Part shown: piece after piece, positions 26,613 through 40,659 of the stretch | Position numbering within the stretch: position 1 is the first letter of the stretch | Layout of the letters: every line of letters starts with the position of its first letter | Position numbers and translations under genes: made by a program | NCBI GenBank assembly: GCA_964016885.1 | Contig: OZ024746.1 | Span: forward strand, 54,374,001-54,438,000 | Origin: Eledone cirrhosa | Taxonomy: Eukaryota | Length of the DNA: 64,000 nt | Reading direction: 5' to 3' | The notes under the pieces: generated by a model | The model's database searches: none | What the model was told of the DNA's origin: nothing | The model's input: only the letters and a program-made list of their open reading frames with translations

Positions 26613-26789
26613 AATAATTGTTTCTACTTTAGACACAAGGCCAGCCATTACCCAGTACATTACTGGTGCTTTATTTTATCGACTCCGTAAGGATGAAAGG
26701 CAAAGTTAACCTCGGCGGGATTTGAACTCAGACTGTAAAGGGACGTAACTATGCTAGAAAGCATGGCGTCCGACCCTCTACCGATACTG
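26613..26789 (-). mobile_element. SINE family 1
   Basis: Reverse complement of the family consensus. Confidence 0.88.
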
Positions 26790-26873
26790 AATAATGCATA
26801 CTGTTGACATGTACTCCTTCAACACACACATGTAGTAGTAAACGAGGTTGTTAGTAATTAGTGGGTATGTTTG

Positions 26874-26981
<108 letters not shown>

Positions 26982-27048
26982 CACACATACACATATGAAT
27001 ATTAAATATATATATATGAAAAATGTGGAACGCCAGGTTCCTGATATA

Positions 27049-27130
<82 letters not shown>

Positions 27131-27137
<7 letters not shown>

Positions 27138-27235
27138 ATGCTTGGGGAGGGTCATATATTATCATAATAATATTGCCAGAAATAATAACAGAACACACTC
27201 ACTGTCTGGTTGGTTTTCGCTTCTGTATCTTTTAT
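27131..27235 (-). mobile_element. 3'-terminal fragment of the PLE family seen at 21613
   Basis: tattgttatgcttggggagggtcat...aacagaacacactcactg matches 21613-21720. Confidence 0.8.
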
Positions 27236-27239
27236 ATAT

Positions 27240-27865
<626 letters not shown>

Positions 27866-27880
27866 CATACACACACACAA

Positions 27881-27954
<74 letters not shown>

Positions 27955-27958
<4 letters not shown>

Positions 27959-28207
27959 GGTTGCATTCTTTAAGGGTATGTCAATATTTATTCATAAAAC
28001 TGCTCTATATTATATTTTATCTGATGAAAGCACACCATAATTTAACTTGGTGTCCTTGAAATATGTATAATGAAATAAACATGGTTTTATAAATATAGTT
28101 TCCATTTGTTAATATCGTATTTTTACTCCAATTATTTGTTGAGTGCTTAATATCAGTTATAAAAACATTTGCTTGTTGTATCCCAACAATTTAAATAGAC
28201 CTTTTAC
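27955..28207 (+). mobile_element. Family A element with HHR at 28013-28077
   Basis: tattttat-CTGATGA-aagcacaccataatttaacttggtgtcctt-GAAA-tatgta-TA-atgaaata; (TA)n flanks. Confidence 0.82.
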
Positions 28208-28679
28208 ATATATATATATATATGTGTCTGTGTTGTAACTATCCAATGGCCCGAGGAAAAGTTATCGCGCATGTTGCTAGCTGCCACCTCACTCTCGAGA
28301 AGTAAAACTATACGGCGGTGTATGTTGTGGTGATGCAGTATCGGATAGTTTATACTCCGTAACAATAAAACATGAGGATTGCTAATTGAGTAATCTCGTG
28401 TAACACTCGTGCTCCGATCCCTTGCTATTGTCAGCTCCAAAATAGGCGGCTGGTCCTTTACGTGCATTCATCACTTTAAACACACCTTCAGTGTGATATT
28501 CCTTCAGCTTAGCTGTCAGGTCCGCTCAACACCAACCTGCAATAGTCACACTGTATGTATGTACGTATGTATGTATGTTACAGCTCACACCTATGCATGT
28601 TTAGCTGGCCTTCTGCGAGGTATATCGCGTTGTACGTGTCTTGGGTGATTTAATGATAGGGACTCCAGTCCTATCATCT

Positions 28680-28820
28680 CATTTCTACAGCTGAGTAACT
28701 GGATCAACGTGAAATAAAGTGTCTTGCTCAAGGAAACAACACATCACCCGGTCTGAGAATTGAACTCACAACCTTTCGATTGCAAGCCCAATGCCCTAAC
28801 CACTAAGCCATGTGCCTTCA
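28680..28820 (-). mobile_element. SINE family 2
   Basis: caacgtgaaataaagtgtcttgctcaagga and tRNA head on the minus strand. Confidence 0.8.
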
Positions 28821-29052
28821 GCCACTGGAGATGACAGGTGAAGAACTCAATTATCTACACTAGTACGTTGTTTCGTAACTTACTTCATTGCTCAATGAGA
28901 GGTCATGTTTACGAAGATTTTGAGGGCCTTGTGAACTAAAACAGGCATATACACCCGTTGATTGATTATGCTATACTATTCGACAGTCATAGGTCAGGAC
29001 AGACGTTCATAGTCCAGCACACCCACCTGATGTATACTTTTATTTTTCTACA

Positions 29053-29157
29053 CCGCCAAGGTTAACTTTGCCTTTCATCCTTACGGGGTCGATAAAATAA
29101 AGTACCAGTAATGTACTGGCTAATTGCTGGGCTTGTGCCAAATGTAGAAACAATTAT
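29053..29157 (+). mobile_element. SINE family 1, 3' fragment
   Basis: Family body and 3' end. Confidence 0.82.
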
Positions 29158-29303
29158 TTTGTGGACATGATGATGGTCAAACTTTGATTGTTTTATCGAT
29201 CAGGGTTCAACTTATTATTAGTAAATACAGAAATAGAATGGACGTTTTAGGTGTTTTCTATATTTCGCATAACATATAGCGTTGTGAAATTACACAATGT
29301 TTT

Positions 29304-29346
29304 ATTCTCTGATGAGAACAAAATATCCTCTGAAATGCATAAGTGT
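29304..29346 (+). ncRNA. Decayed minimal hammerhead motif
   Basis: attct-CTGATGA-gaacaaaatatcctct-GAAA-tgca-TA-agtgt; stems I and II imperfect. Confidence 0.45.
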
Positions 29347-29819
29347 TTTTCTGTGTACAGAAGAATATTTGGAAGTCAATATTTCACACTTCATTCTTTT
29401 CATAGCAAAGGATTCTAATTAAAAAGAAGGAACGTTAGTTATATCTACATGAAAAAGCCCTTAAATATTCAAATGTACTTTGCGTTCCAGCTTGGATTGT
29501 TCCCACTGTTCTCTCAAAAGAACAGCCTAGTCATGAAGTTAATGTACAAGGGGTTGTGATGTGTACCATGAATGCAAATCTCTGGGGGTTTAAACATGAC
29601 TCAGTGTGTGGCCGGTCTGGCATTTTGAATTACTATATTCCGTTTCACGTATTTTTAATCAGTTTTAGTCTACCCAATTCCACAATGCTATTTGCAAGGC
29701 TTGAGTCAGCCGGAGTCTATGGTAAATGACACTTGTCTAAGATGACACACAGTACCATGACCCAATGATTGAGTAGAGAACTTCATGACCATTCATGCTG
29801 CAACAACGTCTATGATGTA

Positions 29820-30190
29820 AAATATGAGTTACTCTTTAAAATGTTTGTAGCTTCAACAATTTCTCCATATTCCGCCATGCAAAATATTCGTTTGACGTAA
29901 TCAGATCATCTATCCGCGTGCAGGTATGTTTTGTTCCAGTGTTTGATGATTATATCCGGGAAGTTTGCCTTGATCTAATTCTCTGTCTGAACAAGCATGT
30001 TCTTGATGTATTCAGCCAGGCCATTGTCATGTACCATGTCTAGTACATGTTTACACCGCTTCCTATCTTTTTTCACTTTGAAGTGTTGGTATTTTGCCCA
30101 GTGGGTATAACAATCAACCCAATCGTGTCTGTGAATATACTGGGACTTGGCAAGGGCAGAGCAACAGGAAATGATTATTTCCCTCGCTTC
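29820..30190 (-). mobile_element. Old R4/Dong-like LINE fragment (RHD to REL region)
   Basis: Minus-strand [14 protein letters not shown]...IKANFPDIIIK. Confidence 0.65.
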
Positions 30191-30236
30191 ATTGTGTTGA
30201 TTCCATTGTTTTCATGTGATGTTTATAAACTTCAAT

Positions 30237-30776
<540 letters not shown>

Positions 30777-30989
30777 ATAATAAATATTAATTATATGTTG
30801 CTAAGCATTTAGAGAGAAATATTGAACATATTCTCTCAGTTATATAACATAGATTTACATCCCTTGTTTTCTTTTTATTCGGAAATACTTGAAAATTATT
30901 GTCCTGCAGATGTATTGACCACGCTTTTCCACTTTATATTTTATTTACTATATTCCAGGAGTCAAACCACAGTGGCCCTGACATCCACA

Positions 30990-31620
30990 CTTAATTCAGA
31001 GGTGGGAATTGTGCTGGATCTTGACACCAGGCGCTGTAAGCTTAACGTACAGCCTGCAAGTGCCAAAGAGGAATGAGAAACGCTGGACGGTAAAATAGTC
31101 CAGAAATTGAATCTGCTCATAGGTAGAGTACCCCGGAACACAAATTAGCTATATTCGGAGATATTGTTTATTCAGTTTGCAAAGATGCCTGTGGAGAAAG
31201 ACAACCCAGAACAAAAACACCTCCTCGGACATCCAGATATCAGCTAGAGAGGGATGACATTCAAAGGAAGGAAAGGGATTTCAAGATCTCAAGAAACAGA
31301 TGAAAGCCGACTCGATCTTTGAGATCCAAGGGTAAGATGAGCTCTTGATAGATCCCAAGGCAAAACGCAGCGCGCTCAGCTAAGCTGAAACAGCTAGGAA
31401 GTAAAAAAAAAATTGCTTGTTCAGAAACCTCATTCAGTATTCCAGGAAAGTCTTCGGACAATCAAAAGTATAGGACACTTACAACAGATAAAGAAGCACT
31501 TGAACAGCATTTTAGAGTTACATATTCTGACTGACAGAATAAGGCACCATTTGAAATCAAAATTCTGGTGTGACCAGCTCTGCCAGAGGAAGGGTTCGAT
31601 GACATAATATCCTCTAAAAG
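30990..31620 (+). mobile_element. Decayed REL-type LINE fragment, pre-RT region (HERO-like)
   Basis: Fragmentary translation FQYSRKVFGQSK...LTTDKEALEQHFRVTYSD recalls the pre-RT region of HERO/NeSL elements. Confidence 0.45.
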
Positions 31621-32241
31621 GCATCGGAACAATACTTTGTAGGTTTGTTGGTTTGGAGGAATGAGTGACAGTTTTACACCCCGTATTTCATTTCCTTTTA
31701 CAGCAAATGCTTCTAGTTGTCTATCTAGGGCGGGTAAAATTCCTGAGATTTCTTTTCAATTCCTGATAATAACTTTCCGGCGCCACTCGAATAAGGTAAT
31801 TATTTATCACACAAATGGTGCCGTAACAAGTACTACTACACCGGGCCACAACAGGCCTGGGAGTGATAACAACGAAGGAGTAAGTTCACATTCCCCACAG
31901 CTCCTGAACTCCCGAACTGGAGCCTTGCCACTGAATGCAGTTTAATGCCACACCCAGAACTAATTATATCTCCTTTAAATGTATCCTAACATTTTCAAAT
32001 ATATACAGTTTTCTAGCAATTTATATATATATATGTGTCTCTATATATATCTAGATATGTGTGTGTGTAATGTTAAATATAGAAATGGCTTATACAGGAT
32101 TAGAACTGTTTCATCCAAAAGAATTTTGAATGAAACAGTTCCAGTTTTAGAAGTAATTTCTATATTAATCATGTTTACACTCTACTAATGTATTAAGTAC
32201 CTTACTTACTGTGGTTATCCCAGATTGAACCCGAGACACTC

Positions 32242-32311
<70 letters not shown>

Positions 32312-34475
32312 TCTCTCTCCCTCTCTCCCTCTCTCTCTCTCTCCCTCTTTCCTTCTCTCTCTGTCTCACACATGCACACACACTCACACACACACACACA
32401 TATACATAAGTATATATATATATATATCTGTGTGTGGGTGTATGTGTGTGGCTGTGGATATATATATATATGTGTGTGTGTGTGCGTGTGTGTGTGACCG
32501 TGCGTGTTTGTGTGCATGTGTGTGTGTGTTTGTGTACTTGTGTATTTATATATTTATATATGCTCTGATAGATAAATATTACAGACAGGTACGTCTAATG
32601 AGGTCATTGCGTAAGAATAAATAGCATGGTAAGGTGGTGTCTGTCTGAAATAAATCTGAAATGGCGATGTCACCTCTTCCTGCTTTTATTGTTCCACAGA
32701 TATTTGGAATTTTTCTCATAAATATCTGTACACAATTAATCTTCTGTGGCATGGAATACAATGGATGTCCGTCGGTTCTAACGCTGAATCATCAATTTAT
32801 ACGATCAACCGAACATTTCCACATGGAATTAACGTGCAATTGACTGGACATTCCATCGATATGCGTGCTCATAAATAACATAGTTCTCAAGAGACGACAT
32901 AACAGTGACAAGACTGACCTAGTGTATTACAGGTACAGCCGATCCGATTAGCGTCCAAGCAGTCCCCGTGTACCAAGTTATTTTCTCACAAGGCTTGGTT
33001 TCATTCGAGGCTATGCTAAATGACGATTGCCGAAAATGCTGCACAGTGGGATCGAGACAAAAGATCTAATGACTGAGAAGCACCCTCTTTAACCTTTCAC
33101 CATTGTTTTGTCCATACATTTTGTGGAAACATTTATAAACCCATATATAATATGTTTATGCATAATAGGCATACAGACATTTCGCTGTGAACGTTTTTAT
33201 CTGAGCTCATATTACAATTACCTCAAAATCCGAGTATGGGTATTATATGCGTATTTCTTATGCTTTATATAAGTAATTATAAACTGCGAACTACAATATT
33301 CTACGGTATGTCAGCTTTACTAATGAAGGATAACAATCATGACGTATAAAATGCACATATTCCTATACCAAGTGAGCTATGATGTTATCACAGCATACGC
33401 TCACGCTGTATCTTATGTATGTTTATTATACAAAAACCTGTTGCATGTGCTTTTTTAAACACCTCTATTATGAATTATGCTAAGTTAGAGCTACTCTATG
33501 TAAGTGAGCATCTTCAATGCATCATCTTCAGAATCTATATGAGCTATATATGACGGTATAAGCGCATGTGTCAGTGGATCATTCAACCATTTAAACATTG
33601 AATTAACCAGTAGGTTGATCAGTTGATTGACCAGCTTCAACACTCTTCCCTAATAGTGACAGAAGTACATTTAACCTTTATCCTGTGACTCCAGAAAGAA
33701 AACACGAATGCCCTAGAACTTACTAATTTAGTTAAATGTTCTTCTGTTTATTGAAAGAGTGATGAATAGAATGCGAAAAAGTGAGATAATTTATAACTAA
33801 AGAAAGTGAAAGAAAGAAATTTTCAGAAGCGAAAAGATTAGTGGATGAAGAAGAAGGAAAAGAAACGAAGAATGTGTTTGTAGAAAAAATAATCGTGAAT
33901 GGATTTTCAAGAAAACTGACAAAATTTGTTTTGATGAAATAAATGAAAAAGACGGTGACGTATAATTTCTTAAGAAAGATGAGAGGAGAGAAAACCGAGA
34001 AGAGAACATTGCGAAGAAGAATTTAGATGAGAAGGGATGAGAGAAAAACGAATAATTCAATATGAAGTAGAGTGAGTTTGAAAGAAAAAACAATTGTGAA
34101 GGAATTTCGCACCAAAATCATATGAGGAAATGAATGAGGATTAGAGGGTTGGGTATAATTTAGTAGAGAGGCATGAGGCAAGAAGAATGAAAAGTAGAAT
34201 TTAGAAGGGAAGTGTTGACAGGAGGAAATAAAATTTAAAAGAGAAAGCAAGAGGGGAAGAAGAATTTAGGAGAGAATGGATAAAAGGAATAAGTATTTAG
34301 AAGTGAAAGGTGAGAGAAGAAAAAATGAGAAAAATAATTCAGAAGGGAAAGGATTAGAGGAAGAAGTAAATTTGAAATCTCAAGAGAAGTGTTTGAAGAG
34401 CGAAAAGCAAATTGTCAATGAACATTTCGACATACACCACAGACACACACTCACACTCACACATACACTCACGCA

Positions 34476-34513
<38 letters not shown>

Positions 34514-34534
34514 CACACACAAAAAGTATGTCTT

Positions 34535-34745
34535 AAGCCAGAAGGCTTATTTGGCCGGTGCTTATGCCGCTTTCATGGCGTGAAGCGACTGAAAGTACAA
34601 GACTCCCTCCTGGACAGGACGCCAGTCCATCGCAGGGTTAAACCTCCAGCTATTGCTGGTACTCAATTTCAGCTGAGTATACTGGAGCAACGTGAAATGA
34701 AGTGTTTTGCTCAAGAACGCAACACGCAACCCATGAATCGAGCCC
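34535..34745 (-). mobile_element. SINE family 2, 3' region
   Basis: Matches 57775-58000 (agccagaaggct...ggagcaacgtgaaat). Confidence 0.75.
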
Positions 34746-35292
34746 ACGTCATTATGATCAGGATAAAAGCTTGAATTGAATAAGAAAACTAGCGATGTGT
34801 TATGATGTGTGGAAAAGAAGTATTTAAAAGAGTAGGATGAGTGCTAGAAGAAGAAGAAATTTGAAAATAAAAGAAGAAAAAGGATAAGAGGGGGAAGAAT
34901 TTGTAGAATGACAAATGAGGAATGCAGGATGAACTTAGAAGAGAAAGATGTGAGTATGAAGAAGAAGGGAAAGAAATGTGAGAGAAAGTGTTTGAAGAAA
35001 AATAATTACAAATAAATAAAATATTTTGATGTAATGAATGAAAAAAAGAAATAGAAGCAATATGATTCAGAGGGATAAAAATGAGATGAAGGAGAAGAAT
35101 GTGGAAGAGAAATATGAAAGGAAAAAGAAAAATTGAGAGAAATGAAGTGCTTGAAAAATGAAAAATAAAGAAAATTGTGGGTAAAGTTTTCCAAATACTA
35201 AATGAAATAAAAATATTTTGATGAAATGAATGAGATAAAGAAAGGGAAAAGGAATAATAGTAGATAAAAATGAGAGGAAGAATAATATAGAA

Positions 35293-35481
35293 GATAATTG
35301 TTTCTACTTTTTGGCACAATGCCAGCAATTATCCAGTGTATTACTGGTACTTTATTTTATCGACCCTGTAAGGATGAAAGGCAAAGTTAACCTCGAGGCA
35401 CAAGGCCAGCAATTTTGGGGGAAAGGAGAAAGTCGATTAAATCGACCCCAGTGCGTGACTGGTGCTTTCTTTTATTGACCC
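35293..35481 (-). mobile_element. Two SINE family 1 fragments in tandem
   Basis: Family body twice (35293-35395 and 35396-35481). Confidence 0.8.
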
Positions 35482-36692
35482 CGTTTCTATTGCCGACCAC
35501 CTCAGTTTCCGAGGAATTGCACAGTATCGCGGCGACGTCGTCTGCACATACCGGAGCCGCCCTTCTACGCCACGGTTCAAACTTGATGCTCTACAAGAGC
35601 TCCAGCTTCCACAGTAAAGGCTCGAAAGTCAGTTCTTACAGAAGAGAGAATAGAGGGCGTCATTGATGAACCGAGCATGCGATATGGAACAGTTCCAATA
35701 AGTGACAGTTGACTATGAACTCCGAGCATTGAAATGGTTCGTTTTACTTGACTGGCATTATGCTCTAAATCTGGCATAATAGCTTTCAGTACATTTTTGC
35801 ACTCACCGGCAGTATCAATTTTATCGCAACATATCTGTAAGTTAGGATTTTAATTTTTTGCCGTCAACACCTCAAGTTGGACAGCTATTTAGGTTTTTGT
35901 ATATTATTCTTGATAATTAGGGCGGGTTGTGTTAGTCAGTCTTTTTTTTAATGACCAGAAGGAATAGTTCAGTGACTTTCACAGCCACGGCTGCGAATGT
36001 GATTTTGTTGATGCTGTTTTTGTTGTCCTTCTTGTTACTATTGTTATTGTCGTTACCGTTGCTTCTGCTGCTGATCGTGTTCTTCTCGTCGTTGCTGTTA
36101 CTGTTGCTGTTGGCTCTGGCTGCTGCTGCTGTGTTGTTGCTGTTCTTGGAATCAATTTCGTTGTTGTAGCTTTTGCAGTCGTTGTCGTTGTTATTGTTGC
36201 TACTGTGGGGGTTTCTATTGTTGTTGTCGTTTATGCTGCCGCCACTGTTGCTGTTGTTGTTGTTGCTGCTGTTGATGTTGCTGCTGTTTGATATTGATCT
36301 TACCGTTTCTGTTGCTGCTATTGTTGTTATTATTGGTGCTGCTGTTGGTGTTGGTGCAGTTGTCGTCGTTGCCATGTTTGTATTGTCGTTGTTGGCGACT
36401 GTGGTATTGTTGTCTGTAGTGGTGGTGTGTTAATAGTGGTGACGTTGGTGAGGATGTCGGTGACGGCGTTTCTGTCGATCGATCAATTGTTGGCACATGA
36501 CAGCTAACTCAATTTTAGGTATGAACGTAAAAAATAAAGTTCAAATATTATTGTGTGGTCCTTCTTGAGGGCAGGGACCTATGTCTTATGTTCCCCTTGA
36601 AACAAAAACAACTTAACAAACAACGATTTAAACAACTAAAAGCAACAAATATATTTTAGCTGACATTTCCACGTCTTCACAGGCCAGTCGCC
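35482..36692 (-). mobile_element. Old, internally deleted Tx1 relative (5' UTR + Asn/Ser-rich ORF1 start joined to an RT fragment)
   Basis: NKITFAAVA vs KPISFAGIA of Tx1 ORF1; IVNCHLLELFHIACSVHQ*RPLFSLL*ELTFEPLLWKLE...CADDV vs RVNGHLSEPFNIMRSVRQGCPLSSLLYVLTLEPLLHKLE...YADDV; 5' end abuts (AAT)n. Confidence 0.72.
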
Positions 36693-36729
36693 AATAATAA
36701 TGATGATGATAATAATAATAATAATAATA

Positions 36730-36921
36730 ATAATTGTTTCTACTTTAGGCACAAGGCCAGCAATTACCCAGTGCATTACTGGTACTTTATTTTATCTACC
36801 CCGTAAGGATGAAAGGCAAAGTCAACCTCGGCAGGATTTGAACTCAGATCGTAAAGGGACGTAACTATGCTGGAAAGCATGGCGTCCGACCCTCTACCGA
36901 TACTGCCAATCCACCGCCCTT
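36730..36921 (-). mobile_element. SINE family 1, full length
   Basis: A box tggcagtatcgg, B box gagttcaaatcc, (TTA)n tail 36693-36733. Confidence 0.92.
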
Positions 36922-37205
36922 ATAATAATAATAATAATAATAATAATGATTTCTTTATTAACCACAAGGGTTTACATAAAGTAGACATTAAGGACAGTGA
37001 AGGACAGTACAGTAAGGTACAAATGGGCATTTCTGCGTGTAAAAAACAAAAACAGAGGATGTAACAAAAAATAACAATGAAAAATTCCCCAATAGGGGGG
37101 GGGGGGGAAGACTTCGGAGGGACATTTGTGGAGAAAGCCCAGAAAAAGGCCACAGTGACCCTGACCACCAAGGCAAGTGCCCTCTCCCAGTTTTCCACCT
37201 TTAAT

Positions 37206-40200
37206 TTACAGATATATACTCAGAGTAGGCCCATTCACTCGGGCCATTCTTGCTTCTCTCACCCATCTTTCAACAAAATGCTGGGAAGAGAGCACTTCCC
37301 TCTCTACGCTGATCTTCCTTTTCAAATGAAATTTGAAAAAGTCAATCAGAGCATCACCGAAGAGGTAAGTGCTCGTCTTCAGCCCTTTCAAACGTGTCCA
37401 CCATACTATCTCTTTCGCCATGGCCACTAGACAGATAAAAACTGCCTGCCCTTCCCGGCTAAAGGAGGAGGGCGGGGCAATCCTCACGATGGACTCAGAT
37501 GATAGCCGGATCAGTCCTACACGCGACAGCAGGTGTTCGACATAAACCCACAAGTCAGCAATTTTCGGACACTGGACGAGTGCGTGCAGGACGGTTTCGT
37601 CGCCCTGCGCGCATCTCGGACATGCCCGGCTAACGGCACCTCCATGCCTGTAGAGTTCATCCCGAACTCGCAAATCTCCTAGATAGCACTGCCAGGCCAG
37701 GGATTTCTGGAAGTTGTCCATAGGCCCCGGCCCGAAAGTCCTTCCGAAGAGATTGGCTAGTTGATTTTCGTCGACGCCTAGAATTTCTCCAAGTACGTCG
37801 TCGCTCTTCCCCTCCACTAATCCTCTATAGAACGCCAAGGTGGAGTTTCCACCGATCACATTGCCCGATTGGTCGAGGGCTGTGAGAGCCTGAAGACATT
37901 CCAGTCTCCAAGAACTCCTCTCGGTCTTCGCTTGACCCAGGACACAGCTCCGTCAAGGCGACGAGCTGGGGAAAGACGTGTCTAGCAAACGGCGACCACA
38001 CCTGATCATCGTCGAGGAAGAGGTGGAGATGTCGTAGCCTGAGCGCGTGTCTGCGCATCATCAGCCACGGCATGCCCAGCCCACCACTTAGCGGGTGTTG
38101 ACAGCAGATGGACCGCCTGACCATCGGAGCGCGTCTTTTCCACAAAAAGCGAAAGAGCAAACGCTCCAGCGCAGTCAGGCGGGGCTTAGGACAAGGTACG
38201 ACGGTCAGGCGGTAGTAGATGACGGACGCGATGTACGCGTTAGCCACCTCCGCTCGACCTTTCAGGGATAGTTTCCTCTCCGCCCATTTCTGGGTGAGAG
38301 AAGCCACCCTGCTCGTCACCTCGTCCCAGTTTTTGTCCGTCTGGAGGTCCGGACCAAACCAGACCTCTAGCAATTTAACCGATCCGTCCGTCCAGCGCCC
38401 GACGACGCTGTTGCATGGCATGGACCTGCCTCTCCAGGTACCGAGCTGCAGGCCCACTGACTTTTCCTGGTTGATCATTGCTCCTGTCACCGCTTCGTAT
38501 TCTCTTAGTGTAGTGCCGATCGCCTCGATGTGTTTGGCGTTCGACACCACTACGGTGACATCGTCCGCATATGCTGACACGGATCTTCCGCATCCTAGTT
38601 CGCGCGGGACGCCCCTCAACGTCTCCAGTTTGTGCAGTAATGGCTCGAGAGTCAATACGTACAAGAGGACACGAGAGGGGACATCCTTGGCGGACCGAGC
38701 GCATGATGTTGGACGGTTCCGACAGGTGACTGTTTACTCTCAAAACAGAGCAGATGTCGCTGTGCATGGCAGCGATCCAGCCTCTGAAGACGGGCCCAAA
38801 GCGAGCCGCCCTCAGGAGTACCGCTAGGTAACGATGGTCGACCCTATCGAAAGCTTTCGACTGATCTAAATTGATCAAGGACCCACCCGTGCCAGGTTCC
38901 CTAGCTACCCTCTCTACGATGTATCGCATGAGGTGGAGGTTGTCGTGGATGGATCTGTCGGGAATGGCGCGTGTCTGCGCCTCTCCCACCAGACCACCAA
39001 CGACAAGCGCCAACCTCTTTGCTAGCACCTTGGCCAAAGTCTTGAACTCTGTGTTTAGCAGAGTTATGGGCCGGAAATTATCTATGTTATCCCCATTGTT
39101 CGGATCCTTTCTCAGCAGTGCCACCGCTCCTCGGCTCACAGAGCTGGGAATTCTCCCGTTCTGTTGCCAGTTGCAGTAGACATCCGCCAAGAGGCCTCCG
39201 AACAAGTCTGGCATCTGTACGTAAAGTTCATAGAGCAGACCATCCAAACCAGGCGATTTACCCCTTGTGCAGCCAGTCATTGCCTCCCTTACTTCAGCGG
39301 CTGTTATCGGCTTTTCGCAACACTTCGCCTCAGTGGCCGAGAGCCGCGGCAGTCCGTCGAGGTAGACACTAAAGTCCATCCCTCGACCCGGCCCACCGCT
39401 GCCCCCGAACTGCTGAGCGAAGTGTTGCTGAAAAGCTTCACACATTTGCCCGGGATCGAGTAGCATGCGCCCGTCGTGGTCCACCAAAGACCGGATCGTG
39501 GCTTTGTTGCCCGACGCGCCTCCGCCACTCGGGCCCATTGAACGGCGTTCGTCCCCTCGTGTCTGAGAGCACGCACCCTTGCTCTGACAACGCAGCCTTC
39601 GTGCTTTGCATTGAAGAATTGGTCAAGGGCCAATTTCGCTGCCAGCACGTCGGTCGCAATGCCTTTTCTAAGCGCCTCGTCTAATTTTCTAACTACTTCT
39701 CACTCTGCTCTATTTTCCTCTATTGCTAAAGCCTTACTAAACCTAATCGATTCTATTCTAATCGCTCTTTTCAGAGCAAACCACCACTTGTTGTTGACGA
39801 TGGCCCCCGTCAACGCCCGCTTAACTAGTTCGCTAATCCGGTCTCTGTAGGCCTTGCGCGCTGGTAAGGATGCGTTTAGCTTCCAGTAGCCGGGTCCTCG
39901 TCTATGAAGCCTATCTAAGTCAAGCACACAGATCACGAATTTGTGGTCCGTGTAGCTGACTATCTTGAATTGTGGACAGCCTATGCTAGACCTATCGATT
40001 TCCCTACAAAATACTCTATCTAGATATGATCTGGATGACCCTATCCGATTTGTCCAAGTCCACATTGGCACATTCGGGAAATCCAATCGGTACCTGTCAG
40101 ACAGTTCAAAACGTCTGAGCAGGTTGGTGAGGCTCTTGCACCCTCCACCCCTATCCGCTAATCCCACACAGTCCCAGCGTGCATCTAAGAACTCGTTCCA

Positions 40201-40624
40201 GTCGCCCACTAACACTGAAAGAGCGGGACGTTCCAAGAAAGGTCTCCAGACGCCGGAAGAAATCAGGCCGCCCTGCTCCTGTCGGGGCATAGACGGCCAC
40301 TAGCCTGAAAGCTTGCCCGTCTCCGCTGGTCACGTCCAGCACCACCAGCTTACCCTCTGGGTCCAAGAAGATGGCCCGTATGGCGAGATCCAAACCTCTC
40401 CGAAAAAGCACAGCAACTCCTCCCCCCGATCCAGGACAGCTGGGAGATGTGTACACATCTTAGCCGCCGAAGATCGGTGCGAAGGCCCATGCTTCGGAGA
40501 TTCTGGTCTCGCTGATGGCCACTACATCTATGTTTAGTGACCTGAGGTCGTTGAGCAGGTGGCCCTGCTTCCATGACGAGCCCAAGCCACGCGCATTTAT
40601 GCTGCCTATTCTGAGTGAGGTCAT
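37206..40624 (-). pseudogene. Tx1 ORF2 (APE-RT-CCHC), frameshifted
   Basis: VGDWNE, SYLDRVF, TDHK, KSPGLDG, LDQSKAFDRVDH, RQGCPLS, AYADD, CPRC..HALVQC. Confidence 0.93.
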
Positions 40625-40659
40625 GTTTAAAATAGAGTGGAAAAGATGGGAAAGACCAC

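Noticed and set aside
33770-35290. Purine-rich tract with F/S/L-rich minus-strand ORFs
   Set aside because: Low-complexity GA-rich DNA with no recognisable domain
35577-35835. Possible terminal host exon on the minus strand (ctaac..ttacag acceptor, 85 open codons)
   Set aside because: Another frame of the same DNA matches the Tx1 RT (TFEPLLWKLE...CADDV), so it is a decayed LINE
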